A DNA stretch of 64,000 nucleotides from Nymphaea colorata (Eukaryota): NCBI RefSeq assembly GCF_008831285.2, contig NC_045138.2, forward strand, positions 30,628,001 through 30,692,000. The letters run 5' to 3'. How positions within the stretch are numbered: position 1 is the first letter of the stretch; each line of letters begins with the position of its first letter. The translations under genes were made by a program, and so were the position numbers. Below the pieces are notes generated by a model, which saw only the letters and a program-made list of their open reading frames with translations, did not search any database and had not been told where the DNA came from. Positions 23,906 to 36,342 of this stretch are shown here, in pieces.

Positions 23906-26863
23906 TTTTTTCTTCCCCGTATTCAACAGTGAAGTTTAAGATTAAAAAAAAAAAAATCTTATTCCTGCACTAGGATGACACGATTTGGAACATGGTGTTC
24001 CGTGAATGTGTTCTAAAAGATAGACACATTCATAGAATATCGTTATATAGCATCTGTTACCAAACACCCTATGAGGGACAAACTTTGGTGCAAATTGTTT
24101 TCATCTTTAAGTTTCATCCACAAAATGAGCTTGAATTGACAAGATAAATTCATTCTTAACAAATCTTCTTTTTTTGGTGTACATTTATCTAAATTTGAGC
24201 TTCGTTAACAAAGCGACCTTGATCTTTACAAAGACATGATAACTTGTACTCTTAACAAATTCTCATGCATTAAGCGAGCTTGAATTCAAAGGCATTTCAA
24301 AAAAAAACCAGAGAAAGTGTCAGCCTTTGCTCAATGTAGTTGAACTGATTAAATCTGTACAAAGGAATGCTTAAGCTAATGTACTCGAATTGGTCAAACC
24401 AATAAGTTGATAACTAAGCTGCAAAAATCAATAATTGATTTTTCAATACTGTTAGGATCGAGAATCAACATTGCATCAAGCTACAGAAATTCTGGCGATG
24501 ATAATTAAACTTTTACGGTGTCTTAATTATACGCTTAAATGATATCACTTTTACGTTTTGTTTGTAATGTTTTGGTTATGAAATTTGCAAGAAAATAAAT
24601 CAGATATGTAAAAATTAGTTCAAACTAACTAATATTGATTCCATAAAAATTTAAATAATATACAACACATCTGCATGGTTTAGTTTTAAATGAGAAATCA
24701 CTGATAATCCAACTTATACGTGATAAGATAGGATTTCCGATGTATATAAACGGACCACACATATCAGAATTTTATCATTTATTTAAGGTCGACTGTCGAG
24801 TCGTCGACACTACCTTATAAAGTTTTAAATGCATTTCATATCTCAAGAAAAACATAACAAGATATAGAAATATCATGATTAACTAGAAAGATCAGTTCAT
24901 AGAATCTGACAGACGAAAAACTTGATCAATGGAGAAATAGAGCAGCTAAGCATTAGTGGTAAATCTCGTCCCAGATCCCCTGTCAGTGCTGTTCACAGAC
25001 CACCCACCTCTTCTCCTTCAACGCATAGTGGGACCAGAAGAGATTTTATCTTTTGAACGAAGTGAAGTGATAGGAAGAGAACAGTGCGGGCAGGAAATTA
25101 TCTCTATCCATTACACGAGGGGGCGTGGATCAAAGAGATTAGGAAATTTATCCATCCACCCAGCAACCTTTGAGGGGATTCAAATACCGATGTGGAGAAG
25201 AAGACAGATTCAACGATAGGCCTGCAATTAGTATTAAAATTTATCTAGTTCCAGGAAGTGTTTGGTATAGAGAAACTTGCAATATACAGTGCTGCATTTT
25301 CCAAGGAATGAAGAACAAAAACAGATCTACCAAGAGAAGGATCTATCCAAGGAAGAAACTTATAGACTGCACTATTCTTTCCCTGCACTTCTCATGAGGG
25401 GCATGAATGAACAGAAAACAATGCAAGTTATAGTGAAATAGGAAATGACGAAAGTTGGCTTTAACTAATTTTATTCCATTTATTTTTTATTTCTCCTAGT
25501 TACCTCCTCATATCCATGCAAGCATTGTAAAATTTCTTGTAGTATATCTAGTAATAAATTAATTTCTCCAACCAAGCAACTACTCTCTCTCTCTCCCCTA
25601 CCTAGCTCTTTTTTTTTTTCTTGTGGTTGTCTGCCAAGATGAGGAAAATGACTTAGGAAATTGAAAATTTGTTGAGATGGTAGGATTTAATTTTTGTTTA
25701 AACTGGAAGAAATGGTTGCTTCATCAAACAGAGGGGAGAAACTAGGAAATTAGGTTTATCTGATGAACTATGATCATATGTTCTGAAGGACCAAAAACAA
25801 ATCTGCTGCCAAGGCATGATTCCCCCTCTCCATGCTATGCAAGCTGATCATGCAGAACATATGAACATGGCCCCAAGGACACTAATGAGAAAAACTAAAC
25901 ATGATACTGCACCAGAAAAGAAGACCAATATCAGAAAAACTTATACAGATGCAGCATTTGACCGTCTAAAAACTTGAAGAAGGATCTTTAAGCTTCCATC
26001 TGAACCACATAAACCTGCAATTTATGGTGTTAAATGTCGATCAAAGCCAACCTGAAAATGAAAGCCACCTAGAGGGATGACCCCTTATCAAGTATTTATA
26101 TGTTATTCCTTTATTTAGCAATTGGCTATAGAGACAACAGACTTCTTATAGATTGTAAAAAAGTAGCAAGTCACTACCATTATCATCAGGGTATCGGAAG
26201 CAAGGACATAAGCATCAAACTTCAGACCTGGAAATGGAGAAGAAGGAAGATTAATATTTCATACAGAAGGACATTCGAACATCACTCCTGAACAGGATTG
26301 ATTTCTCTACATAAAGGTATTTAGACAAGTTACAGACTCACCAAAGTTTCATACAAAAACAATTAAAGAAGAGAACTGCAAAGCAACTAAAAGAAGAGAA
26401 AATGGTACAATGATGGCTTCCACAAGCAAACACCCCTCCAGAACATCATGGTGAATAAATGTAGACCCATAACCCTCGGTGACATGGTTTATAGGGCTTT
26501 TGAACCACCCAGCCAGTCAAGTTCTTAACTTGTGGTCCATTTATGTGAAATAAAACATGGTAATGGCATTTCTTTCATGGGTCCAACCAATGAAAAAAAA
26601 TCTACATAAAAAAAATGTCTTAGACAATGAAACCTTGATTGCATACTTTGTTGCATTCAAGAGTTTATGGCATACAAATTAATAAGCCAAAGTAGCTAAC
26701 TAGCTGTGCCATTTGCATATAGGAATTCCAAAAAAAAGACCTAAAAGTTTCTTCTCTCATTTCAGTTGCTAACATGAAAATTTACATGATAAAACAGAAC
26801 CTACAGGGAATTTTATAACCGGAGATGATCAATACAAAATTATTAGGAAGGTTATCAAAAACT

Positions 26864-29800
26864 TTATGAAGAAACTAGTTGCCTCAATTCAAGCAAATGC
26901 TCCTCATTTGAAATATGAAGATTAAGCCGGAGGTTTGTCATCAATGCTTCCTGCTCCCAGCTTAAGGGACCAGAAGCATACAGAGCCTCCATGGTGGAAC
27001 GGTAGGCATGCAACTCTAACTTATGGATTTTTGCAGCCAGCTCTTCTTTGGTGGCAGAGGGGCATTCTTTCCCATATCCCAAAGCACATGAAGACTGTGC
27101 ATCATCAAAACAGCCATCAATATCTTTGCTGCGGTATGTTTTGCATTGTTGACGTAGACTGTTGCAGGGTTTGCTAGTAGAACAGCTACCGACAGAGCAA
27201 GCAGCACTTTCAGCTCCATTAAAATCTACATTTCTTGAAGATAGCCATCTGGTGTCAATGACTGGTTGCTGATCTTCAACATTCATTTCAAAATTTCCAG
27301 TGGTTCTGTCCCTAAAGGAGGAATGTATGCACTGTTCACCCATCATTCTATGAGGAAAAGCAACTGCATCCACCTTTTTCAACAACCTCTCTGAAAACTG
27401 TCCCCATACCTTCTCTTTGGGCTCACGCACTTTATCTGCTTCTGCATGTGGTGGGGTGACATGACTGCCCTTTCTCTTTATCATCCTAAATGAAAAAGAA
27501 TCATTACATGGTTCCTGAAAATCAGCAAGCTTCTGGACAAGGACATGGCCACCTGCCTGGTCAAATTTCATATTGGTTGTCATCATCTGCCTGGAGCAGC
27601 GCCTCTTGTAACACTTTGTCCTTGAAAAGTTACTCTCATTGCCATAGTTATGATTGTCAGTACACTGCATGAATGGAAAATAATCAGAACTATATAGATG
27701 CCCTGAAATCTTATGACCACATGTCAACATAGAATTTGATGACCAGGAACAGCACTACTAATAAGCCAAACTTTAATGGCTCTTCAAAAATAAAAATAAC
27801 AGTGAAAAGGCTACTGAGGCCTTATAAGGATAATTTTTTGCACGAACTTAAGAATTTATGAAGGTGAATATATGCAGCATGATCTGAAAGGAAGAAGACA
27901 TACAACATAAGATTTCACAAAGAAGAAGTGCAGAAGTTACTAAATTTCAAAATGTGTCTAAATATGCGCCAAATAAGATGAGATGTTGCTATGAAAAAAC
28001 TCACAAAAGTATCATCACATATTTTCAACATATATTCATGGTCAAATTTATTCAAACTAATGAAGATCAATTGAAAAATATGTACGCAAATATATCAACA
28101 AGTTCTGATACTTCTAGCAATGGTAAAAAAAGAAAAAATCTATACCAAGTCAACAACTCATTCAAGTAAACTCACAAAAAGCATGTTTTATTTTCCAATG
28201 CAAAGGAATGGTATAAGAAAGCATGCTTGGATAGAGAAACAACATCTATCGGCCACATCACATTTACAAGGCCACAGAAACCACCTCTAAGTTTGTACAG
28301 AGAGAACATGTCTGCAGAGATTAGGTAATCAACTAAAAGTATCAGTCAACAATGAAAAATTAAAAAGACCAGCTTTGAAGAATTAAAGTTTTCTCTTTTC
28401 TGTTTTAGCATATTTAAATTTACAAAATTTCCTGTTTCTGAACTCAACTAGATAATGTCGTTTTACATGAATGGCTATGCAGATGCAAGACGCAAGGTGG
28501 ATATGCCTCAAGACTGTAATGTGTGCATATGTACGCATGCATGTGTACTCATGCACATGGACCGATAGAATAGATTTAAGGCCAGTTTATTCATAAAGTA
28601 TTTGGGTACGTATGATTGGCAAAATATATATCATTAGGCCAGGTGGGAGAATGTTGGAATTATTGCCTTAATCCAATCTTAATGGCCTTAATGATATGAT
28701 AAAGAAATTCCAACTCTAAGCAGTTGATTATGATATACATACCCATGACCATGATAGTCATTTGAGTCTCTATGTATGTGTACATTTTTTATGAGAGAAT
28801 GAACACGGTGGAGAATCAAGCAACACATCACTTGAGAATTTAGAGACATTAAGAAAAATACCCCTAAAGCAATCAAGCATGGATACAATCTTAAGTGAAA
28901 GCAATTAAAGTAACTCTATATCATTATTAAAACATCATATATGAAATTGAACAGTAACATGATTAAGAACAAAACCGTAAGAATACAAATGAACATAAAA
29001 AAGGAAATGGAAATAGTAAGTTAGTGGCAAAGTGTTAACCATGTCCACACTATTTTAACCACAATCATGCAATATCTCGTATTGCGTGTCAAGGTGGGAT
29101 TCAAGTAGGGGTCTACATACTATAGCATAATACATGCAATATGACAATAAAATGTGCTAACACTAATTCAAATTAGAGAGACCCCAAGGTCACAGCTAAC
29201 TAAGTCAATAAAGAAGACAAAGCGGTATCCCGGAAAAAAGGAACAGAAGGTATTCTAAATCTCACGCCATTTGATAAGGGAAAATGTGGTGGAAACAAGA
29301 TTAGCTCCTCAAACTACTAGAGAAGTAACAGGAACTGCAAACTTTTGCAGCTGAAAAAAGACAGGCAAAGAATGCTTAATCACATAATACCATGATCTTG
29401 GAATGAGCCAGATATGTGAAGAGGTAGAAGCAGAATTTACGTACCCAAGCAGAGAAACAATTATAAAAACTCTCGTCAGGGTAAACCATCAGATCATGCA
29501 CCAAAGGGGGGGAAAGGTTGCCTTGATTCTTTCCTTTAGAATTGGCCGAACAAAGAAACAAATAACTTAGCTGCTGACTTTTTTTAATTTCTCTCTTTCT
29601 AGCTCAGTTCTAATATATGATCAGGCATTTTTAACATCAACACATGAATCTCCGTTCTCACAGAGTAATCGTTTATTAGTAAATGGTAGTCATTATCATA
29701 AGCAACAAGCAGCTAATATCATCATTTGACAATCATTTCATAAAATTTGTTCTACAGAACAAAAAATAACCCTCGCAAAGTCCAAAAGTAAATCAAATAC

Positions 29801-30060
29801 TGAGTCAGAAACGACTGGTATACCTTCCTGAACATCTTCAGCTGATCATCCCTGTCCGTTCGTCCCATCGGGGCAGTAGGCTCACCCACCGTCTTCTTTT
29901 CCAAGGTTTCAACCTCAACGAGTTTGACTGAATTGCGAGGAATCAAATTTGTAGCAGGCGAGGTGGGTCGCAGCCCAATGGCATGGCCAGGCGCCCTATC
30001 AAGATCCACGGGGCCACTCCCTTTCCGGTCTACACCACCACTAGGATTCTTTCTCTTCAT
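26864..30060 (-). CDS. ENT (EMSY N-terminal) domain protein, about 345 aa. Predicted exons 30060-29824 and 27664-26864
   Basis: The C-terminus IHKLELHAYRSTMEALYASGPLSWEQEALMTNLRLNLHISNEEHLLELRQL is a typical plant ENT domain, preceded by the family-typical ACSVGSCS motif. Donor AAG|GTAT at 29824 and acceptor GCAG| at 27664 join in phase 0. The first exon is less certain than the last. Confidence 0.8.
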
Positions 30061-32237
30061 CCTCAACACTCAAGCTGAAAATTCTTGGATCCTTAACCAG
30101 AGATGAAAACAACATCAATCAGTACATATTTTATCGGTTGATAAACTAAAACCAACAGGAATTCCTTCGGAAGTGCAGTTATCTACAGGCAAATGCAGAA
30201 ACAGAAAGGCAGGGGCTTCCTAAAAACAGATGCACATCTGTTTGCCCATCAAAAAACAACAGCAGCCCAGAAGCCAAAAACCAATCTTGAAAAACTTTAA
30301 GCACTTTCTCGCCTGGTGAACAAGCAAATATATATCAAAAAATATTAAATAACAAATTTTAAAATAAAAAAACCCAATAATAACGAAGAAATCAATGAGC
30401 CTCTAGATATTGAATCCAACCAAAATTAAAACTAAGGCATCTTTTCCTCCTCCAGGAAAAAGGAGAACATCCACATAACAGTTACAATATGATCCAAACA
30501 GCAGATACAAGAAAGAAAAAATGTGGTAAACTAGTTTAATTAGAGACACACGCAGGCAAGTAAATATGGAGAAAAAAAAAACCAAAAGATTTTCTAACCT
30601 TTGAAAGATTGGTATCCCCTTCTCTATCTCTCTTTCTGAGCTAAAGATTGCAGGATGGTCGATTATTTGGTGGAAATTTATGAGATTTCCGGGTATTCAA
30701 AATTAATAACAATATTATTACTTTCCCGTTTTTTTTTTTTAATCTCTGTGGAGGAAGAGATGAAGAGAGAGAGAGAGAAGTAAAGGAAACCCAATTTGAC
30801 GTGGTTTTCAAGTTCGCTAGAGACAAAGCAAATGTTAGACGGTTTTGAGGAAGAGGCTTGCGGGTTTCCCTGATACCCCTCTTCTCTTATCTCTTCCGTT
30901 ATTATTATTGTGACTTTCCCTTTTATCGCTTTGGCACCTTCTCTGATCTCTCTCTCTCTCTCTTTATATATATATATATATAGACGTCTCTGCTGAAGAA
31001 AAAGATTGGTATCATTGGATGATGCATCCTTGTAGATAAAAGGCCGTCTTCAATTGGATTATGCTCAGAGAGAGATAGAGAGAGAAAGAGATATACCAAA
31101 AAGCTCTTTCTGCACATCCAGATTCATATTGTGTTAATCCAATCAATTAAATATCATATTCAGTCATGTTTTACTGCGTTAGTTCTGTTGTAAATATCAT
31201 ATTCAGTAACCTAAATTCGTGAAAAAATTTACCCGCTTTCATGTAATCTAGTTGGTTTCTTTTTCTAATTTTCTAACTTATTGAAAGATCTGAACCCTAA
31301 CGTGCATCAGAATCCTTTTTGATGATCCACTGACAAACAATGAATCAATTTGGAATAACTGAAAAAGATATATTTCTTGGCCCAAAAAATCACAGAAAAG
31401 TGGTTGACTTTTGAGCTTCCAATTATGCTGAACACATCTTTCACATTCGGATTGGATTAATACTGCAATAGCGCCTAAACCAAAAATGGAAGCTCTAATA
31501 CTGCAATCTGGCCTTGTATGTAAATTTTCGATTATGTATGTCACAGATGATTCTTAGATCATCTCATTTGGATATAAAAACATGAATCTTCATGTCTAAA
31601 AGCTGGCACCTAATGGGAAGTTGATTTTTCAAGCTCTTAAAATACCCATAATTTAAAAATCATTTTAATACTAAAACTGTATACAGATAGATATCTATTG
31701 GATTTAGTAAACAAAAAAAATATCATTTATGATGATGAAGCCAAGTTTTGTATTGAATGATTGTTGGCGCAGCTGTATATATAGAGGTAGAAATATGTTC
31801 TGGAGAAACTCTAATCCAATGTCTTGGATTATCACATTTGGATATAAAATATGGAATTTTCAAGTCCCAAAAACTAGTGTAATATAGATCTTTGATTTGT
31901 TTAAACTGTCGAGACACCCATATTCATATCACAATTACATAATGTCAAAGTGGTTTTTGAATTATAAAAAAATAAATTCAGATCACTTAGGTTTCCATCA
32001 TTACATTAACATAGGTGTCTGCATCATGTGTTCGCTAACTAGATCTGATTCCCCAATTTGAATAAATATGAACTAAGAAAAACATATCGCCGACACATGG
32101 ATTTATTTGTATATGACCTAAAAAACAATTTTCTAAATATGTTTGCTTTATAAAATTCTCTATTGCATGAAAATGAACTTGACTTATTTCAAGATTTCAA
32201 GCGTGGAGTTCACATTTATCCACTAAGCTTTGCAAAC

Positions 32238-32282
<45 letters not shown>

Positions 32283-33676
32283 AAAAGCTTAGTTATGGTA
32301 TGAAAAGTTGTTAATTTTTTATCACATAAGACATGTTGACTAAATCAAACCCTATAAGCGCGTTTGGCATGATCATTTGTTAGAAATAGACTCTTGAATC
32401 ATGTTCTTTTGACCAAGAATGTGGCTTCTAAAGACTCGAAAAACATTAAAATATCATACGCTGTTGATTTCTAAAATTTCTCTAAACCTAAGGGACTTAG
32501 ATCACAAGTTTCGCAACCATGTGGTAATTTCCACGTTAAAGGAAAAAGTTCTGAAATTTAGGGAATTTCAGACATATAGATATTTGTCATTTTGAGCTTT
32601 TAAATATTAGAAAAATATTACTCTTGAATCGGTCAATTGTCCGACTCAATCCAATTTCAATAAGTACATCATGTTTTCTGTCAAGAAAACAATATAGTTC
32701 AAGAACTTGGACCAAATATGAAGCATAAAAATTCCCAACTATCAATATTACATGGTTGAATAAGAGGAACCAATATAGATTATGTTGGTCCAACTTATTG
32801 TTATTTACACGAATTTATAGTCCAATAAATGTTTACTTTTTCCATAGAATTATAATTTCCACTAGTTGTGAACTTCCATTAGCATGACTCATTTGTCATT
32901 TAATTAAATATGGAATGGATCTTATATTTTTTCAGCATCAAATCTTATGATGCATCAAACATCAAAATCAGTCAATTGGTGTGAATAACCCATTCCAAAT
33001 ACAACTGCATGGCTGGTAATTAAACCTCTTTTTTTTTTTAACCTGATCATACAGATAGATTCAACATGTCTTATGAGTCAAATTTTTATCTTAGATAATT
33101 ATTTTATACAAAATTATTATTTTTATGTCATAGACATTCCTCCTTATACATAGAAATAATAGTATGAGTAATTGCCAAAGAAACAAATCCCAACAGCTGA
33201 ATTTAATTAAAAACTTGGTAGATTATTTTTATTTTTAGTTGGATTTGCAATATTATAAGAATGAGAAATGAGTTTTGGGAAAATTATTTTTATTTTAATG
33301 AGAAAGAGAAAATAATAATAGAAAAGCACATAGACCACAGGGAAAGCAAGTGGTTTTGGATTGGCCCGATCTTTGGGCAGTAGTTCTCGTAAAAGGGACA
33401 TTTGCCGAAGAAGGCGTTGGGACGTGGGGCCCAACTTTATCAACACTAGATTGTGGCCCTCCCACATTTGTGGCCTCTCCGTCAAGCAACTAAGCTGTCA
33501 AATGCTGATGTCGATGGACCGGATCCAACGCAAATATGAGCCCATGAGGAACTAATTAACAAGTTGATTTAAGGTTTTTGTAGGTGAACCGGGAGATCCA
33601 CTAACTAACTAGCTCATTGTTTTCGTAAGATACACGATCTACTTTTGGTGTCTCGGAATGATGTCTTTATTGCGCT

Positions 33677-34269
33677 TAGGGGTGAGCAACAAGTCGAGAT
33701 GCTCGAGCCCGACTCGTTAAAGCTCGGCTCATGAATGAGTTCGAGCTGAGTCATTTGCTTAACAAGTCGAGCTCCAGTTCGTGAGTCGACTCGTTCAAAT
33801 GATCAAGTTGAGTTCGAACTCAACACGTAACTGCCGAGTCGAGCTCGAGACTTAATCGAGTTTGTCGAGCATTAATCAAGTCGATACATTCAAGCTAGTT
33901 TGTTGAGCTCTAATCGAGTCGAGTTTGAACTCAACACATAATGATGAATATCAGTTCTATTCAACGAGTTTGTCGACGTAACGATGAATATCGATTATAT
34001 TCTCAATCGAATCGAGTCGAGCTTGAGTTCATGAATATCAATTCTATTCAATGAGTTTGTCGAGTCTTAATTGAGTCGAACTCGAGTTCAACACATAACG
34101 ATGAATATCAATTTTGTTCATTGTCGAGCCTTAATCGAGTCGAGCTCGAGCTCAACACGTAACTGCCGGGTCGAGCTCGAGCTGCTTCCGTCAAGCTATT
34201 CTCGAGTTCGATGTTTCATTAGTCGAGCCGAGCTCGAGCTGACTGAACTCGGGCTCGTGTTCACCCCTA
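33677..34269. mobile_element. hAT-type MITE
   Basis: TIRs TAGGGGTGAGCA / TGTTCACCCCTA with dense internal GAGTCGAGCTCGAG repeats. The 8-bp flanks ATTGCGCT / GTTGCACC match only partly. Confidence 0.85.
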
Positions 34270-34923
34270 GTTGCACCCCAATTTACACATCTATGTAGCA
34301 CATAAGGTTAACTGTCTCTAACACTTTAAATGAAGATTACTCGCCTATCAACTCTCATCCAAGTGATTTTAATGTGGCAGTTTTTGCACTCCTCTATAAA
34401 TCCAAATCCCAATGAAGATTACTCGCCCGATGCTTAGGCTTACTTGCGACAAATGTGAGGGAAAGACATTTAAAAAAGTTTTGAGTGGGCTCATAAGAGT
34501 TACACCATATAGCTGAACCCAGCCCATTCTTGAAGATGGGTGGTCCGCCCAAGCAGCTGCGTACACCTGGCTGGGTCACTGCTTGATTACTACTACTCCT
34601 ACATTTGTCTTTGTCTTTTTTCTTCATTGCGAGTTTTAAACCATGCTTTTTTGAAATATTTTACAGCATTGATTTTTTTATGCTCTATAAATCTTTATAA
34701 GCTTTCATGGTCATTTGATGGACGAGCTGTTACTTTATCAACCAGATCATGTAAGTCAAATGTTACTGGTTTCTTTAAGAAAAAGAAGCCATGTTGGTAT
34801 ATATTTGGTAGTATTATCATAAAGATACCATTGCCTCATGGGGACCGGCTCAGTAAGGGCGTGTTTGTTTCTGCCACTGTTTAACCAAACTGTAGATCTT
34901 CAATCCACGTTTCCTGGCCCCAC

Positions 34924-35106
<183 letters not shown>

Positions 35107-36342
35107 GGTAAATTTTAAACAATTTCATTTGCCTTATATATAAATTTTTTAAAGATATAAATTTTAAAAAATGATATTTAGGCATAAGGATTAGGGCAAA
35201 CCCTTAAAATCCAAAATTACATAAATGCCCTTGCAAAAAAATTGTCTTAGGGCTACAAAAAATCCATGTAAATTACAAAAGCCTGTCAAGTACAAATCAC
35301 TCTTTAACACTCTAAGCAGTCGCTCCTCACAGAAATCCTTGTCGTATAAAATGAAAGGCAATCAGTGCCCATGCACCATTTGCATCTCATATGATGTGCA
35401 AATATTGCAAAATACCTGGCGGAAGATCAAGAATCTCACAAAAGATTGGTAAGCCTTTGATTTCCCAACACATACAGGGTGGGATCATCTGATTCCATGA
35501 TCAGAGCCAAGTCGAAGATCTCCTTAGTTCTTACTGTAGTTCTCTCACAAAAGGAAAATCCTAAATCAAATTATTTTGAACCAACTTCCTCCAGAAATTC
35601 ACAGTAAAAAGGAAACTAAAATATCATGTTTTGCTTAATTATTTTGTCTTCAGATTATTTCTCACTCAAAATACTGTCAAAAAGACAGCGGTACTTATTA
35701 CCATGATTAAAACTTCAGTGTTAGAAAAGGAAGCTGCATGGGGGGTGGTTCTAGATCATTTGCCCTTTCACTTTCACCAACGTTCAGTACTAGAAGCATG
35801 GAAGAAAGATCACCGAGAAAGCAATCTTTCATAGTTGGTGCCCATATGATAAGAACAAAAGGATGGACTTTAAGCCAGTAAAACGACATTTCCTTGATTT
35901 TCCCAGTTTGCAGTATTGTTTATGTGTTTAAGAATAAACCTATCATCTGCCTCAAGGGGCATAGCATAGCTGGTCAAACATGCAAGCATGTAAAAGGCAT
36001 GTCATATGTTTGGTTTTTGTATATGTTACTCTCCTCGATCGTAAAAGGTGGGACCACGGCACTCAAGAATCACCAAAGATCAACATTTTCCTACTAATCA
36101 TCTATGATGAAAATGTACAAGAAAATCATCTAAGATGAAAATGTACATGATTTCTTAGATATTGCTGAAAGCTATAATTTAGCAAATCATCTAGTTTTGT
36201 ACTGTACAATGACCGAGGGACCAATATGAACACTTCAAGGATGCAATTCCATGCATTTTCTCAGAATAAGGGCGCCATCACTGTGGATCATTCACCTTCT
36301 GTGAAGTTTAATTTCTATCCAGTGGTGTGAATCACCAATATA

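Noticed and set aside
23906..23972. Possible spliceosomal intron inside U6, as in some fungi
   Set aside because: The spacer ends in TAG but has no GT donor at the required position, and the flanking U6 pieces overlap instead of abutting.
33677..34269. Regularly recurring short repeats suggestive of a CRISPR-like array
   Set aside because: They are irregular subterminal motifs of a eukaryotic hAT element, with no constant repeat-spacer period and no cas genes.
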